DNA of 64,000 bases from Mobula birostris. Taxonomy: Eukaryota. How positions within the stretch are numbered: position 1 is the first letter of the stretch; each line of letters begins with the position of its first letter. Both the position numbers and the translations under genes were made by a program. Below are positions 38,603 to 50,859 of this stretch, one piece after another. The stretch is from assembly GCF_030028105.1 (NCBI RefSeq), contig NC_092380.1, forward strand, positions 12,117,123 through 12,181,122. The letters run 5' to 3'. Under the pieces are notes generated by a model. That model worked only from the letters and a program-made list of their open reading frames with translations, was not told where the DNA came from and did no database searches.

Positions 38603-40199
38603 CAAACCCCATTTCCAGAAAAGTTGGGATATTTTCCAAAATGCAATAAAAACAAAAATCTGTGATATGTTAATTCACGTGAACCTTTATTTAACTGACA
38701 AAAGTACAAAGAAAAGATTTTCAATAGTTTTACTGACCAACTTAATTGTATTTTGTAAATATACACAAATTTAGAATTTGATGGTTGCAACACACTCAAC
38801 AAAAGTTGGGACAGAGTTAAAATAACATTGAAAACTGCACAGAATATTCAAGTAACACCGGTTTGGAAGACTCCACATTAAGCAGGCTAATTGATAGCAG
38901 GTGAGGTATCATGACTGGGTATAAAAGTAGCATCCAAAGGTTCAGTCTTTGCAAGCAAGGATGGGTCGTGGCTTACCCCTTTGTGCCAAAATTCGTGAGA
39001 GAATTGTTAGTCAGTTCAAAAGGAACATTTCTCAACGCAAGATTGCAGAGAATTTAGGTCTTTCAACATCTACAGTAAATAATATAGTGAAAAGATTCAG
39101 AGAAGTCACAGACATCTCAGTGCGTAAAGGGCAAGGTCGGAAACCACTGCTGAACGCGCGTGATCTTCGAGCCCTCAGGCGGCACTGCCTAAGAAACCGT
39201 CATGCTACTGTGACAATTATAGCCACCTGGGCTCGGGAGTACTTTGGAAAACCATTGTCACTCAACACAGTCCGTCGCTGCATCTAGAAATGCAACCCGA
39301 AACTGTTACGCAAGAAGGAAGCCATACATCAACTCTATGCAGAAACGCCGGTGGGTTCTCTGGGCCCGAGCTCATCTCAGATGGACCAAAAGACTGTGGA
39401 ACCGTGTGCTGTGCTCAGATGAGTCCACATTACAGCTAGTTTTTGGAAAAAAGGGGTGTCGAGTTCTCCGTGCCAAAGATGAAAATGACCATCCAGATTG
39501 TTATCAGCGAAAGGTGCAAAAGCCAGCATCTGTGATGGCATGGTGGTGCATCAGTGCCCATGGCATGGGTGAGATGCATGTATGTGAAGGTACCATTGAC
39601 TCTGAGGCGTACATTAGGATTTTAGAGAGACATATGTTGCCATCAAGGCGACGTCTCTTCCCGGGACGTCCATGCTTACTTCAGCAGGACAATGCCAGAC
39701 CACATTCTGCATGGGCTACAACAGTGTGGCTTTGTAGACACAGAGTGCATGTGCTTGACTGGCCTGCTGCCAGTCCAGATCTATCTCCTATTGAAAATGT
39801 ATGGCGCATCATGAAGAGGAGAATCGGACAACAGAGACCACGGACTGCTGAGCAGCTGGTCTTATATCAAGCAAGAATGGACAAAATTTCCAATTGGAAA
39901 TCTACTACAATTAGTATCCTCAGTTCCAAAATGATTAAAAAGTGTTATTAAAAGGAAAGGTGATGTAACACAATGGTAAACATGTCTCTGTCCCAACTTT
40001 TGTTGAGTGTGTTGCAGCCATCAAATTCTAAATTTGTGTATGTTGACAAAATACAATTAAGTTGGTCAGTAAAGCTATTGAAAATCTTTTCTTTGTACTT
40101 TTGTCAGTTAAATAAAGGTTCACATGAATTAACATATCACAGATTTCTGTTTTTATTGCATTTTGGAAAATATCCCAACTTTTCTGGAAATGAGGTTTG
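38603..40199 (+). mobile_element. Full-length Tc1 (DD34E) DNA transposon, 1597 bp, 214-bp TIRs, TA TSD
   Basis: TIRs 38603-38816 and 39986-40199 are nearly identical, with TA at 38601-02 and 40200-01. Each TIR has an internal direct repeat AAAAGTTGGGA. Confidence 0.97.
38961..39975 (+). pseudogene. Tc1 transposase pseudogene
   Basis: HTH region MGRG.PLCAKIRERIV..ISQRKIA.NLGLSTSTV and catalytic VLCSDES / QQDNARPH / SPDLSPIENVW with 34 aa between D and E. TAG at 39285-87 plus frameshifts. Confidence 0.93.
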
Positions 40200-42399
40200 T
40201 ACAATGAGTGATGTCAGACTGCAAAGTTGTTAGTGTGTATTAAGAGTTGTGGATGCAAACAATCCTCTTAAAATTCTGTAGCAGTGGTAATTGAGTTGCT
40301 CACTATTCATCTTGGATTATCTAACTTTATAAGAAAAACAATATTTTAATGTAAATATATCAATAATTAAGCATACATAAAATGCATTGTAAAGGAACAT
40401 ATTAAATTATTCAATTCAATACAAATTGCAAGTGTGTTATATAGATTACTCATGTGGACAGTTTTCCTAATACAAATCTGCAGTAGGATTGTGGATTTTC
40501 CACATGTCTTCCTCCTACCACAAATTGAACACCACCTAATCAAAGAATTTTAGTTCTGACAAATTGAGCTGAAACGTTAACTCGGCTTATCTTTCCACAG
40601 ATGCTGCCTGACTTGTTGAGCATTTCCAGAATTTTCTGTCATTGAGGAAGGTTAGGGTTCTAGTGAGTGGACAAATAGAAAATTACAGGGGGAAAAAAAA
40701 CACAATAGAATAGGAAATAGCGAATGATAACTAAAGCCTATCGTAAAAAGAGCAGAACATACAAAGTTTAGTACAATTCCAATGAGCATCAGTAGAGGTT
40801 CAGATTTATCTGAATACACCACGTAGCAAGGTCAGAGAAGTAATGGCATAAATTACTGGGTACAATCTAAAAGCCATTCCAGAGGCATGGTTGCATATTA
40901 ACAAAGGTTGGGAATTCAAAATTCTGCATTTATTTTTAAGATGATTTAGGCAAAATGGAGGTGGAGGCAGAAAGACCTGATGGAGTCAAGGCTGAACTGA
41001 AAAACGGGAAGGGGCAGAAAAAATGACGAGTGTTGTATATAGGCTATCCAAACTGTAGGAAATACAAGGAATTGGAAAATTGAACATGCATGTACAATAA
41101 CCATGGACAAGTTTCGATCTAGAAACAGTGCAGACAAACCAAATAATCTCTGTAGATTAAAAATTGTTGCGTTCAATTATTAAAAATGGGCTATTTTTGA
41201 TTTAGTACTGTGTTATGACAAAGGGTTGATCTGATGGCTAATGGACCATTTAGAGAGCAGTGACCATAATGTGAGAAATTTCATATCAAAAAAATTGAAA
41301 GTGATTTACTTAAATCTGAAATCGGAGACGTAATTCTGAATTAAACCCAAACTAAGGTGGCACTGGGTATGAACTGGCCATGGTAGATGGAGAATCTACA
41401 TTTAGTATGACTGTAAACAAACAATGGCTAACAGTAAAAGAATCATTCAACATTTTACTAGTAACATATACTTATGACAAAATATAGGAAAAGTAGTTGA
41501 TCCATGGATATTAAGAAAGGCAAAGATAAATACTAAAAGGTAAAAGACAATGATGCCTTCAAAGGAACAGTAAGGTTGACAGCTGGGAACATTTCCTGTG
41601 CTAGGACATTGATAAGAAATGGAAAGAAGAATGAAAGGATACCAGAATTAAACATCAAAATGTAAGCAAGAGCTTCTATAGATATGCGAGGACATCATAA
41701 TGTGGGTTCCTCAGACGGAGACAGGAATATACTGGAGAATCAGAAAATGGAAGAGAAAGAAATCTTTAATGACCATCTTCACCAAAGACACAGAAAATAA
41801 TAATTAACTCAAGGTCCAGAGTGAACAAGGTGCAAAGAAACTAACATTAATTTGTCCAATACTATTTTGTCACTGATGAGACTGAAGGACAATAAATTCC
41901 CAGGCCCTGATGATTCTGCATCAAAAGGGTTTGAACAAGACAGCAATGGAGATGGACGACAACTGGTATATCCACTAAAATCTCATAAAACTGATATGAT
42001 GCCTCAGTTTGGACAGCAGCAAAGAGGCCCCTGTTGTTCTAGAAGGGGTGGGAGAAGGAAAAGAAGAAACCTAGGAAATATAGACAAGTTAGCTTGAGAA
42101 AGACAGAAGGGAAAAAATGCCTGAATTTATTATCAAAGGGATGATTACAGAGTATTTACTACTACTAATACTAGGATTGAACAGAATTAACATGGACTTA
42201 CAAAAGGGTTTGTCAAATCCACCAGTTTTTTTTTTGAGGCATTAACTAGCAGTACAGGTAAGAGTGAATCAGTTGATGTGGTGCACCTAGATTTTAAAAA
42301 TCCCTTAAAAAGGTAGCGAACAAGAGATGAATATGAAAAATTGAAGTGCACTGTGTAAAGGATAACTCACTGATCTGGATCAAGGATTAGATAACGTAA

Positions 42400-42907
42400 C
42401 CGTGTGGTAACCGGAATCTCTGGAGCTGAAGGCCTTGAAATCCTCGGCTTTGCGTGTTTCAGTGGCTGGGGAGAGGTTGAAGGCGCTCGGCAGAGGATGG
42501 CGCTCGGGACGCTGTATTGGAGAGGCTGCTTGGAAGCTCGGAGTTTTCGATCGGATGGACTCAGGGGCGGCTGCTTTCAAGGTATCGGCAAGTTGACGGT
42601 GCCTGGAGGTTTATGGCAGGGAGTTTCTCCCTTTTGCTGCTGCTATCGGGGACTCTGGAGTCGATCGACTCGGGACTTTGAGACTATTTTTTTTTTAAAC
42701 TGTGCCTATGGACTGTTCTTTATCAAATTATGGTATAGCTTGCACTGCTGTAATTATATGTTATAATTAAGTGGTTTTGTCAGTGTTAGTCTTTCGTCTG
42801 TCTTGTTTTCTGTGATATCACTCCGGAGAAACATTGTATCATTTCTTAATGCATGTATGAATTTCTAAATGACAATAAAAGAGGACTGAGTGTTCTCATA
42901 ATCTAAA
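42400..42907 (+). mobile_element. CpG-rich non-coding retroposon with LINE-like 3' tail, nested in CR1
   Basis: Abrupt GC/CpG-rich segment, then an AT-rich tail ending aatgacaataaaagaggactgagtgttctcataatctaa. No credible ORF. Confidence 0.6.
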
Positions 42908-43369
42908 TAGATTTTATTTGCGCTATGAGGATATGACTGGTGGGATGTCACTGAAATCTATTCAATGGCCTCAGCACCCATTTCAATGATGTTGATGAGG
43001 GAATCAAGTATAATAAATCGAAGTTTGCCAACAATACAAAGTTAGGTAGTAACAGCATTGCCTCTGAGGAATGCACACAGGCATTCAGGGATTTCAGAAC
43101 AGGCACGGATATGGTAGATGTAATGTGGAAAATTGCGAGGTCATTAATTATGCAAAAAAAGAATATTATTTTTAAATGACAAAAGCATGTTTGTACTCAC
43201 AAGAACTTGGAGGTCCCTGTATATGAACTACTTCAAGGTAACAGACAGGTACAACAAATTGGAAGACAACAGCATATTGGCCTTTATTTCCATTTTATAG
43301 GGTCCTGGTGGGAATGGTTTGCACAGGTTGGATCTGAGGAAGGATAAAGGAAATGAAGTTTCTTAAAAG

Positions 43370-43450
43370 CAGGGGTTCCCAACTTTGAGTCTACGATCCC
43401 CTCAGTTAATAGTAGGGGTCCATGGCATTAAAAAAGGTTAGGAACCCCTG
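43370..43450. mobile_element. 81-bp hAT (Charlie-like) MITE
   Basis: TIRs CAGGGGTTCC(C/T)AAC and 8-bp TSD cttaaaag / ctttaaag. Confidence 0.88.
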
Positions 43451-43549
43451 CTTTAAAGTGATTCTTTAGCTGGTCAGCTTTCTGTGCGGACATCCTTAAG
43501 AGTAGAAAAATTAGAGATGATCAAACCGAAATATACAAAATTATTGGAA

Positions 43550-43730
43550 GCAGCAGCACAGAGGTACAGCTAGGAGTGCGCTGCGTTATGGCTCCAATGA
43601 CCTGGGTTCAATCCTGACCTCTGGTGCTGTCTGTGTTCTGTTTGCATTTTCTCCCAGTGAGCTTCCTCCAGTTGTTCTGGCTTCCTCCCATATCCCAAGA
43701 ATATGTGGGTTGGCAATACAGTATTTCCCT
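43550..43730 (+). mobile_element. tRNA-derived V-SINE (HE1-like)
   Basis: B-box GGTTCAATCC followed by V-domain-like gtttgcattttctccc...ggcttcctcccatatccc. Confidence 0.75.
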
Positions 43731-46397
43731 TGGCGATGGTGCTTTAGAACCTTGATGACTGTCTCAATTTAAGAATTTGGCCATTCAAGACCAAGAGGAC
43801 AAGTTATTTTTACATAAACACGGAGGAAGGTGAATCTTTGGAAATCAATACCCAAGAGCTCAGTCACAAGTATATTCAGAGAATGATATTCTTTTTAAAT
43901 ACAAGATATGGGATTAGTATAGAAATGTGGCACTGAGGTAAGATAGCAATGACAATGAATAGTGGGACAGGCACAAGGAACTGGTACAGGTAACCTAGCC
44001 CTACTATTTCTAATATTATTTTATGTTTTGCATGATCTATTAAAATATTTCATTTTCACTCTTATTTTAAGCACCAGATTTATTATTTCCTAAAAATTAG
44101 TGTTCTGAAGGGCTATTTGGCCATCTAACATTCTTATGTACTATTTCACAATTTCCTATTCGGGTATTCAGCAACTTGCTGGGAAACAGAGAACAATATG
44201 AATTTTCACCCAAATGAACAGATGCCCCCCAAAAAATATAAAATTGGCAATCAGCATATCCTAAAACAAAAAAACCTAAACCTGTTCATCTTTCTTTGTT
44301 AAATGTATATGCATTTGAAAACTAGACAAAACCAGGTACCTTCGAAAAAATATTTTCCTCTCTGCGACTTATTATGCCACATCCCACGCAGATAACCTTC
44401 AGCAACTAAGCCAATCAGTCTGAATCATTAATTTCAATTACATAAATTTCAAAAGTGATTCTTAAATTGACACTAAAATTATTTTAACATAAGCAGATTT
44501 TAGACCTTTAATATATTACAAGGTATGAACTGTTCAAGACTAATAAGTGCAGGGAAAAAAAATTCTTTATTCACAGAATGCTACCCCAATAACAATGAAA
44601 TGTTTTCTTTTTACTAGAATTTTCCTTGCAGTTTGCTCCCATTTGGAAAGGTTATACTTAGCAATATCTTAACTTCTCATGTATCGACATTGTTTAATAT
44701 TTTCCATTTTTTCTGCATGAACCTAGAGAGGCATCCACAGGCAGTTCAACTGCACAGAGACACAAGTGCCTTACTCAATTGAAGTACACATGCATTTCCA
44801 GCATGGAACACTGAGAAACAAATCAGGAGTGAGAACTATAGCATTTTATTTGTTTTCTCTATCATTCTTAAGGCTGATACTTGGAATTTCTATTGTGCAT
44901 GTAGAGCACTGAGGTATAATGACATGGATTTAACTGCAGTTTCTGTATTTATACAAGCTTCATAGTTTATACAAATCTTTTTAAAGAATCTCAGTGCTTT
45001 AAGGTCAGAATTAAAAGTCACCTTGTGTCGGTTGAAATTAATTCAGTTACTACCTTTGTCAATTCAGACTATTAGTGGAATATTTCAAATGAATATGAAT
45101 TAAAATGACAAAGTGGAATACTAGCATTACCGAATTTCTGGAATGAAGATGATCAGAATGGATGACATTCATTTTAAAAATATTAATTGTTAGAGCCAAC
45201 AACTTATCTCAAATTAAAATATTTTTCATATATTGTAAAAAATATTTAATAACTCCAGTTTTAGATATACTGTGTGCAGCGATGGCAGAACATTTTTTTT
45301 TTGCAAATTCTGGTTTCTTCCATTAAGAATTTGCAGGCTCTTTCAGGAGTATCGTATAAAATCTGTTCCAAATCACATTCCCTATACTGCAAAAGCCATT
45401 GCTGTTCTTTGTGTAATTGATATAATAACATTAGGTGTGAGGTATTCAATAAAAAGTACAAGAAAACACCCGATACACAACATTCACCAAAATAATGAAA
45501 TTATATTAAATTAAATCTATGCTGAAAGAGGTCAATAGCCTTGGTCTGAATTATCACACATAATTATGTCCCATGTATGTATATATATTTTAATTCCCCA
45601 GCTGACTCCTTTTGTTTGCTAAAGATCAGGAGGGAGGGCCTACACCCACTTGTTCTAATTTAAATTCAGAAACTCGACAGGTAAATTAAGTTAGTAAGAA
45701 AATCAAAGAAATTATCAAGCCAACTCAATATTACACACGTTTCAGTATCAATGACTACAATAATTTTAACCCTAAAATATGAATATGAAGATACGAGCTG
45801 CTGCACTCTTAAAATTATTTGATCCTCTGCCAGTAAAATGGATTCACACTGAAAAGCTGTTTTTGGTTTATTATGGCTTCCTACACCTCCGTTTAGCAGA
45901 GCTGCTGGAAAAGCAGAGAATAGCATACATGTACTAAAATGAGAAGCAAATTCGGCATGCATAGAGTTAAATATCCTGTGCTTTGTCTCGATTACTGCAG
46001 TATACAGACAAGGAGAAAGGGTTCTTTAAATAAATAGACGGCCGAACCTCGGTTTTACACAGGACAAGAACGTATGTGTTTTTTTACTCTATCAGTCAGA
46101 TTAGTAAATTCAAATGATTTCACAGCGTTTAGCAATGTGATCACATGAACTGGTTTAGGTTTAAAAAATGACTTGATTTTCTGATGGATTTTGCACGTCT
46201 TGATGCCCGAGAATATGGGAAACACAAGAAATGCAAGCAGCCTCCCTGATAACCAACAGAAAGCACAGAACACGGCAGACAATAGAAGCAATGATTCATT
46301 CTGTACAAATAAAAACTGCACGGCACAGGCACATGGTTCAGCTCACACTTTCTACAAACATTCAGAGACAACAGCGGCTAAAAGCACTAAGATATAC

Positions 46398-46424
46398 CTG
46401 TGAAACCATCGTCTTCCTCTCCAT
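46398..46424 (-). CDS. RBFOX2: RBFOX2 alternative first coding exon, MERKTMVSQ (phase 0)
   Basis: Minus strand reads ATG GAG AGG AAG ACG ATG GTT TCA CAG|GTATAT. It resembles the mammalian RBFOX2 N-terminus MEKKKMVTQ and splices in frame to the GSQEP exon. Confidence 0.9.
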
Positions 46425-46640
46425 AAACCAAGCAAACCAAATGTGAGTAATTCCTGATTCAGCTTGACTTTGAGACACAGATTGCACAGATTGGCCCCTC
46501 TCTTTCCTCTCCTGTTATCTCCCCCACAGCAACTCCCAGATCTTGGCCAGATGGCTCGTGCGGGCTCCGCCTTGCATGCCACGGGCTATTAATCACAACT
46601 AGCCACTCCCCCACCAACCATTCCACACCCCCACCCCCGG
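46425..46640 (-). promoter_or_regulatory. Putative 5' UTR/promoter of the MERK first exon
   Basis: Repeat-free, locally GC/CpG-richer stretch directly upstream of the ATG. Contains GGCCAATC, AGATAA, a CATCTG E-box and a GGCGGAG GC-box-like motif on the minus strand. The TSS cannot be determined. Confidence 0.55.
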
Positions 46641-47859
46641 TCTCCGAACCTGATACCTGATCCTCACAAAAAGAAAAAGCAGGAAAGCCAGCCCAAATGT
46701 CTGCACTCTCCCAGCACTCCCTGAGGTGAATTAAGACGACATTTCTAACACGCAGCTGCTTATAACGCCAAGCCCAGATATGTTAGATTTAACTTCTTAC
46801 TAACCTTCTAGGGAAAAACACATTTGCTTTCTTCATTTAAGTGCATTAATTTTCTTCCCTTCTCAAAAATATGAAAAGCTTTAGTACTTCCAAAGTCATA
46901 AAACAGAACTCTGTTCATTGAAAATACCCCCCAATAAATATGTGTCTGAATCCCTTGCCTTTTTTTCCTTTTACACCTACATTTAGGTGTAAATATTTAA
47001 TAGCAAATATTTCAGTGGACCAATATACTGAGGCAATGTCACAAACCGTGCAAGTCATTAAAAAGTACTCAAACAAAGAACAGCTCTCCAAAGCACCTCA
47101 TTGATGCCCACTTACATAGAATGGACGGCTTTAGACTGCTAAACAAGATACTGATTCTCAAATCCAAACTGACAAACGCATTGAAGAGACACAAAAGGAA
47201 AAAAATTGTTTTCTCACCTCCATGTGGTGAAAGGGTGCATGAAGGTGGTGGGTGGGGGGAGAGGAGGAGGAAGAGGGATATTGGTGATGATAGTTTATTT
47301 CTGCTTACTCATAAAATAATGAGCATATTTACTTTGCACAGGTTCTACATTTACGACCCAGTAATTAATTGCTTTTAAGAGTCACATCTGAATCTATAAA
47401 AGAGAGAAGCAGGTTTTGTAACTTTCTCTTCTGGGTGCTTCCACTTATTAACATATGACAGCGTTCTATTTAACCACTGTTGTTTCAGATAACTCTGCAT
47501 TCAAGACACACAATTTGAATTAATTTAGCACCTTTAGCACAGTACAATACTTAAAATTGCTTCACTAGAAAATTCAGACTTAATTTGACAGTGAGTACAC
47601 ATGTTGGTCTACATTCGGCATGGGAAAGTTTTTAGAAACTCTAAAGAGTAATTTAACCCTCTGCTTGATGGGAATCAAGAGGTCATGTCAAGTAGAACTG
47701 AGTTTTTTTAAACAACTGATACAATACACTGAGACAATCAATGAACGTAGTTTTATATGGACTTCCCAACGGCTTTCAATAATATTTTTTCATAAGAATA
47801 TTAGGTTATGTATGGAAACAAACTACTGTACAATAGGCCTTGACAAATGTCTATGTCAG

Positions 47860-48590
47860 TATGCTGTTTATTGACTTATAGCTCAGCATTCAACACCATC
47901 AATTCTACAGTGCTGACTGAAAAGCTCCAGAACCTGGGCCTCTGTGCCTCCATCTGCAGCTGGATCCTCGACTTCCTAACAGTAAGACCACAATCTGGGG
48001 ATTGGAAATGACATCTCCACTTCACTGATAATCAACATTGGCACATCTCAGGGATGTGTACTTTTAGCCCACTGCCCTACTCTCTCTACACCCAAGACGT
48101 GCGCCTCGGCACAGCTCAAATGCAATCTATAAATTTGCTGATGATACACTGTTGGCAGAATCTTAGCTGGAGATGAGAGGGCATACAGGAGCAAGATATA
48201 CCATTTAGTTGAGTGGTATTGCAGCAACAACCTTGCACACGTCAGTAAGACAAGAACTGCTGACTTCAGAAAGGGTAAGAGAAGGGAACACATGAAGAAT
48301 CAGAAGTGGAGAGAGTGAGCAATTCCAAGTTCCTGGGTATCAATATCTCTGAGGACCTAACCTGGCCCCAACATATTGATGCAGCTATAAAGAGAGAAAG
48401 ACAGTGGCTATATTTCATTAGGAGTCTGAGGAGATTTGGTATGTCACCTAAAACACTCACAAATTTCTACTGATGTACGTGGAGAGCATTCTAACTGACT
48501 GCGTCACTGTCTGGTATGGGGGGAGGGGAGGGGGCTACTGCACAGGATTGAAGCAAGCTGCAGGGAGTTGTAAAATTAACTTCATCATGG
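47860..48590 (+). mobile_element. Rex1-type LINE RT fragment
   Basis: FIDL.SAFNT, WILDFLT, QGCVL, YKFADDT and KFLGINISEDLTW remnants. Confidence 0.85.
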
Positions 48591-50429
48591 ACACTTAGGA
48601 TTCAAAATGGGGTAATTCACTTCATTTACTGATTACATTATTTAGTTTAGTGCAGTACGACCAAGTCAGCAATGGCACAAAAAATTATGACATTCTAAAT
48701 GTTCTGGTTGGCAGCATAAATTATAGACAGGAATAAACTGATCCAGTGAAGTAAAATATGGCAAATACATTTCAATGCAGGCAAGTTAATTATTTTGAAT
48801 CAATACTTTAAAAAAGCGAAAAGCTAGCAGAAATCCAAAAAAGATTTAAGAATCTATGCATAGAAGTGAAATAAGAATCAGAAAGGCTAATTTCTAAATC
48901 TCTTTGGATAGCTAGAATATACAGCAGAGGAACTTGTGCTACAGTGACATAAACCTGATGCAGTTTCAAACTGAAACATTGACAATTCCTTCACCACCCC
49001 CACACCTGCGCAGACGCTGCTCAACTGACTGAGTCCTCCAGGAGATTGTTTATTGCTATAGCTCCCTGATTTGAGAAAATCTGTGACTGCTTGCAGTTCT
49101 AAGCATCAAACCCTAGAATATAATGGCCTTTTAATAAAGATTCATCAGAATATTATCAGAACTCCAAGGACTGGATTCTGATCAGCAATTACATTAATAT
49201 TCTGCTTCTTGAAATACTGAAGTTCAACAGATAATTCGATTACCGTGCTTAGATATAAAAGGAACTGAAAAATTTGCCCACTGGTTTGATGCCTACAAAG
49301 CAGAGAGAAAAAAAATTCAAGAGACAGGTCACTCAATACACAAATACAGCAAGCCTGATCCAACTTTCAATGAGATTATGCAGATTTTTCTCCTCAAATC
49401 CGCTTTTACATGATTCCCATAAACTTTGGTTTCTTCAGAGTCTAAAAACATTGATCTCATAAAGAATACAATGACAAAGCACCCACTGCTTTCAAAGGCA
49501 GAGAATTCCAAACTTTCACAACCTGTCACCACCAGTAAGTAAAGAAATTTCTTCTCATCCCTGTCCTACAAGGGCTTCTTCAGGCCAAAGCATCAAACAA
49601 CAGATGTCAATTCAGTTAATTATTTTTAATGCAAGAATAGATTTTCTGCAAGCCAAATGTTACTTTCTTCACAGAATGTGGAATATCACTAGCAGCCTTG
49701 TATTTACTGCCCATCTCTAATGGCACCTGGGAAGCTCACTGTGAGCTGCATCCTGCAAGTGATGCTGTCCTGTTGGTGAAGGTATAGTCACAGTATCATT
49801 GATTAAGCAGTCTCAGGACTGGGACTCAGCAATGAATGAATAGTGATACATTTTCAATTTGGAGATAGTTTTTTTTGAGAGATACTGTCAAATTCACCAA
49901 GCGGTTTACAGGTTGCCAGTGGTTAAAGTATAGCAAGTTCTGGGTGGTGGATAGGATACCAACCAAGTGGAGTACTTTGTCGAAGACAGTATTAAGCTTT
50001 GAAATACTGTAGAATATTGGTAGCTCAGATTGGCTATTTAGAAATTTAGTTGATTGCCGAGCTTGGCAATCTGGTATATGAACCCTGATGGAGAAAAGAG
50101 AAACAATGACGCCAACAATCAACAAATTGCCAGTAATCTTCAGGATCTGGACAGCAAAACAAACATTTCCAATAGACCTCCCTCAAAGCTAGCCAATCAG
50201 AATTTCCTACTGCTAAACTGTTCAGTGTTTTGAACCAGCCAACCAGATCATGACATCTAATCAATATCCATTCCGCCCTGGAGGAGTACATAAGCTGGAA
50301 TTCTGAGGAGAGAACACCCTCAAGTGAGCACTGATGATGGCTTCTTGATTGGACCCAAAATGTCTGCAAACATTTTGTCAAGCTTGGCGATCAACCAAAC
50401 TTCCAAACAGTACTAAGCTATTAGTGTTA

Positions 50430-50750
50430 TGGAGTCATGTAGCAATGGAAACGGGTCCTCTGGCCCACCAAATCTATGCTAACTATCCAAGTATTCATTT
50501 CCAGTAAATCTCCACTGATCCCACTTTAATCTCCTCATATTCCAATCAACTCTCCCTGGATTTTAACCACTCACCTACACTCTAGAAGCAATTTACAGTG
50601 GCCAATTAACTACCACTGCCCATATCTTCAGAAAGTCTGATTTCCACACAGTCACAGGGGGACTATGTAAACTCCTTATAGAATAGCAGTAGAAGTCAGA
50701 ATGAACTCAGGTCACTGGGGCTGTGAGGCAGGTGGTTTTCTGGCGAGTTA
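50430..50750 (-). mobile_element. Degraded HE1/V-SINE-like element
   Basis: Similar to the 51545 copy (gcaatttacagtggccaattaac...cacagtcacaggg...aaactcctta). Confidence 0.55.
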
Positions 50751-50859
50751 CCATTTTCTAAGGAGTTACACATATACAGGCAAGTGCAAAATATTTCACT
50801 ACATATCATGCTGAAATCAGAAGTTTTACTTATCAGGAGGCAAGTTACCTATAACAGGA

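Larger units (their letters stand above)
40800..44030 (+). mobile_element. Old, highly degraded CR1 LINE ORF2 with nested insertions
   Basis: Remnants in the correct order: PL.SSDHN (about 41250), KFPGPD (41895), VDVVHLDF (42270), KFANNTKLG (43020), and the 3' tail near 44000. Confidence 0.75.

Noticed and set aside
38596-40233. Duplicated ORF peptide LSVLQPSNSKFVY... on opposite strands
   Set aside because: This is an artefact of translating the two Tc1 TIRs.
46970-46993. Perfect 10-bp inverted repeat tttacaccta/taggtgtaaa (also the small hairpin at 52922-52940)
   Set aside because: Too short and isolated to tell from chance in 64 kb.
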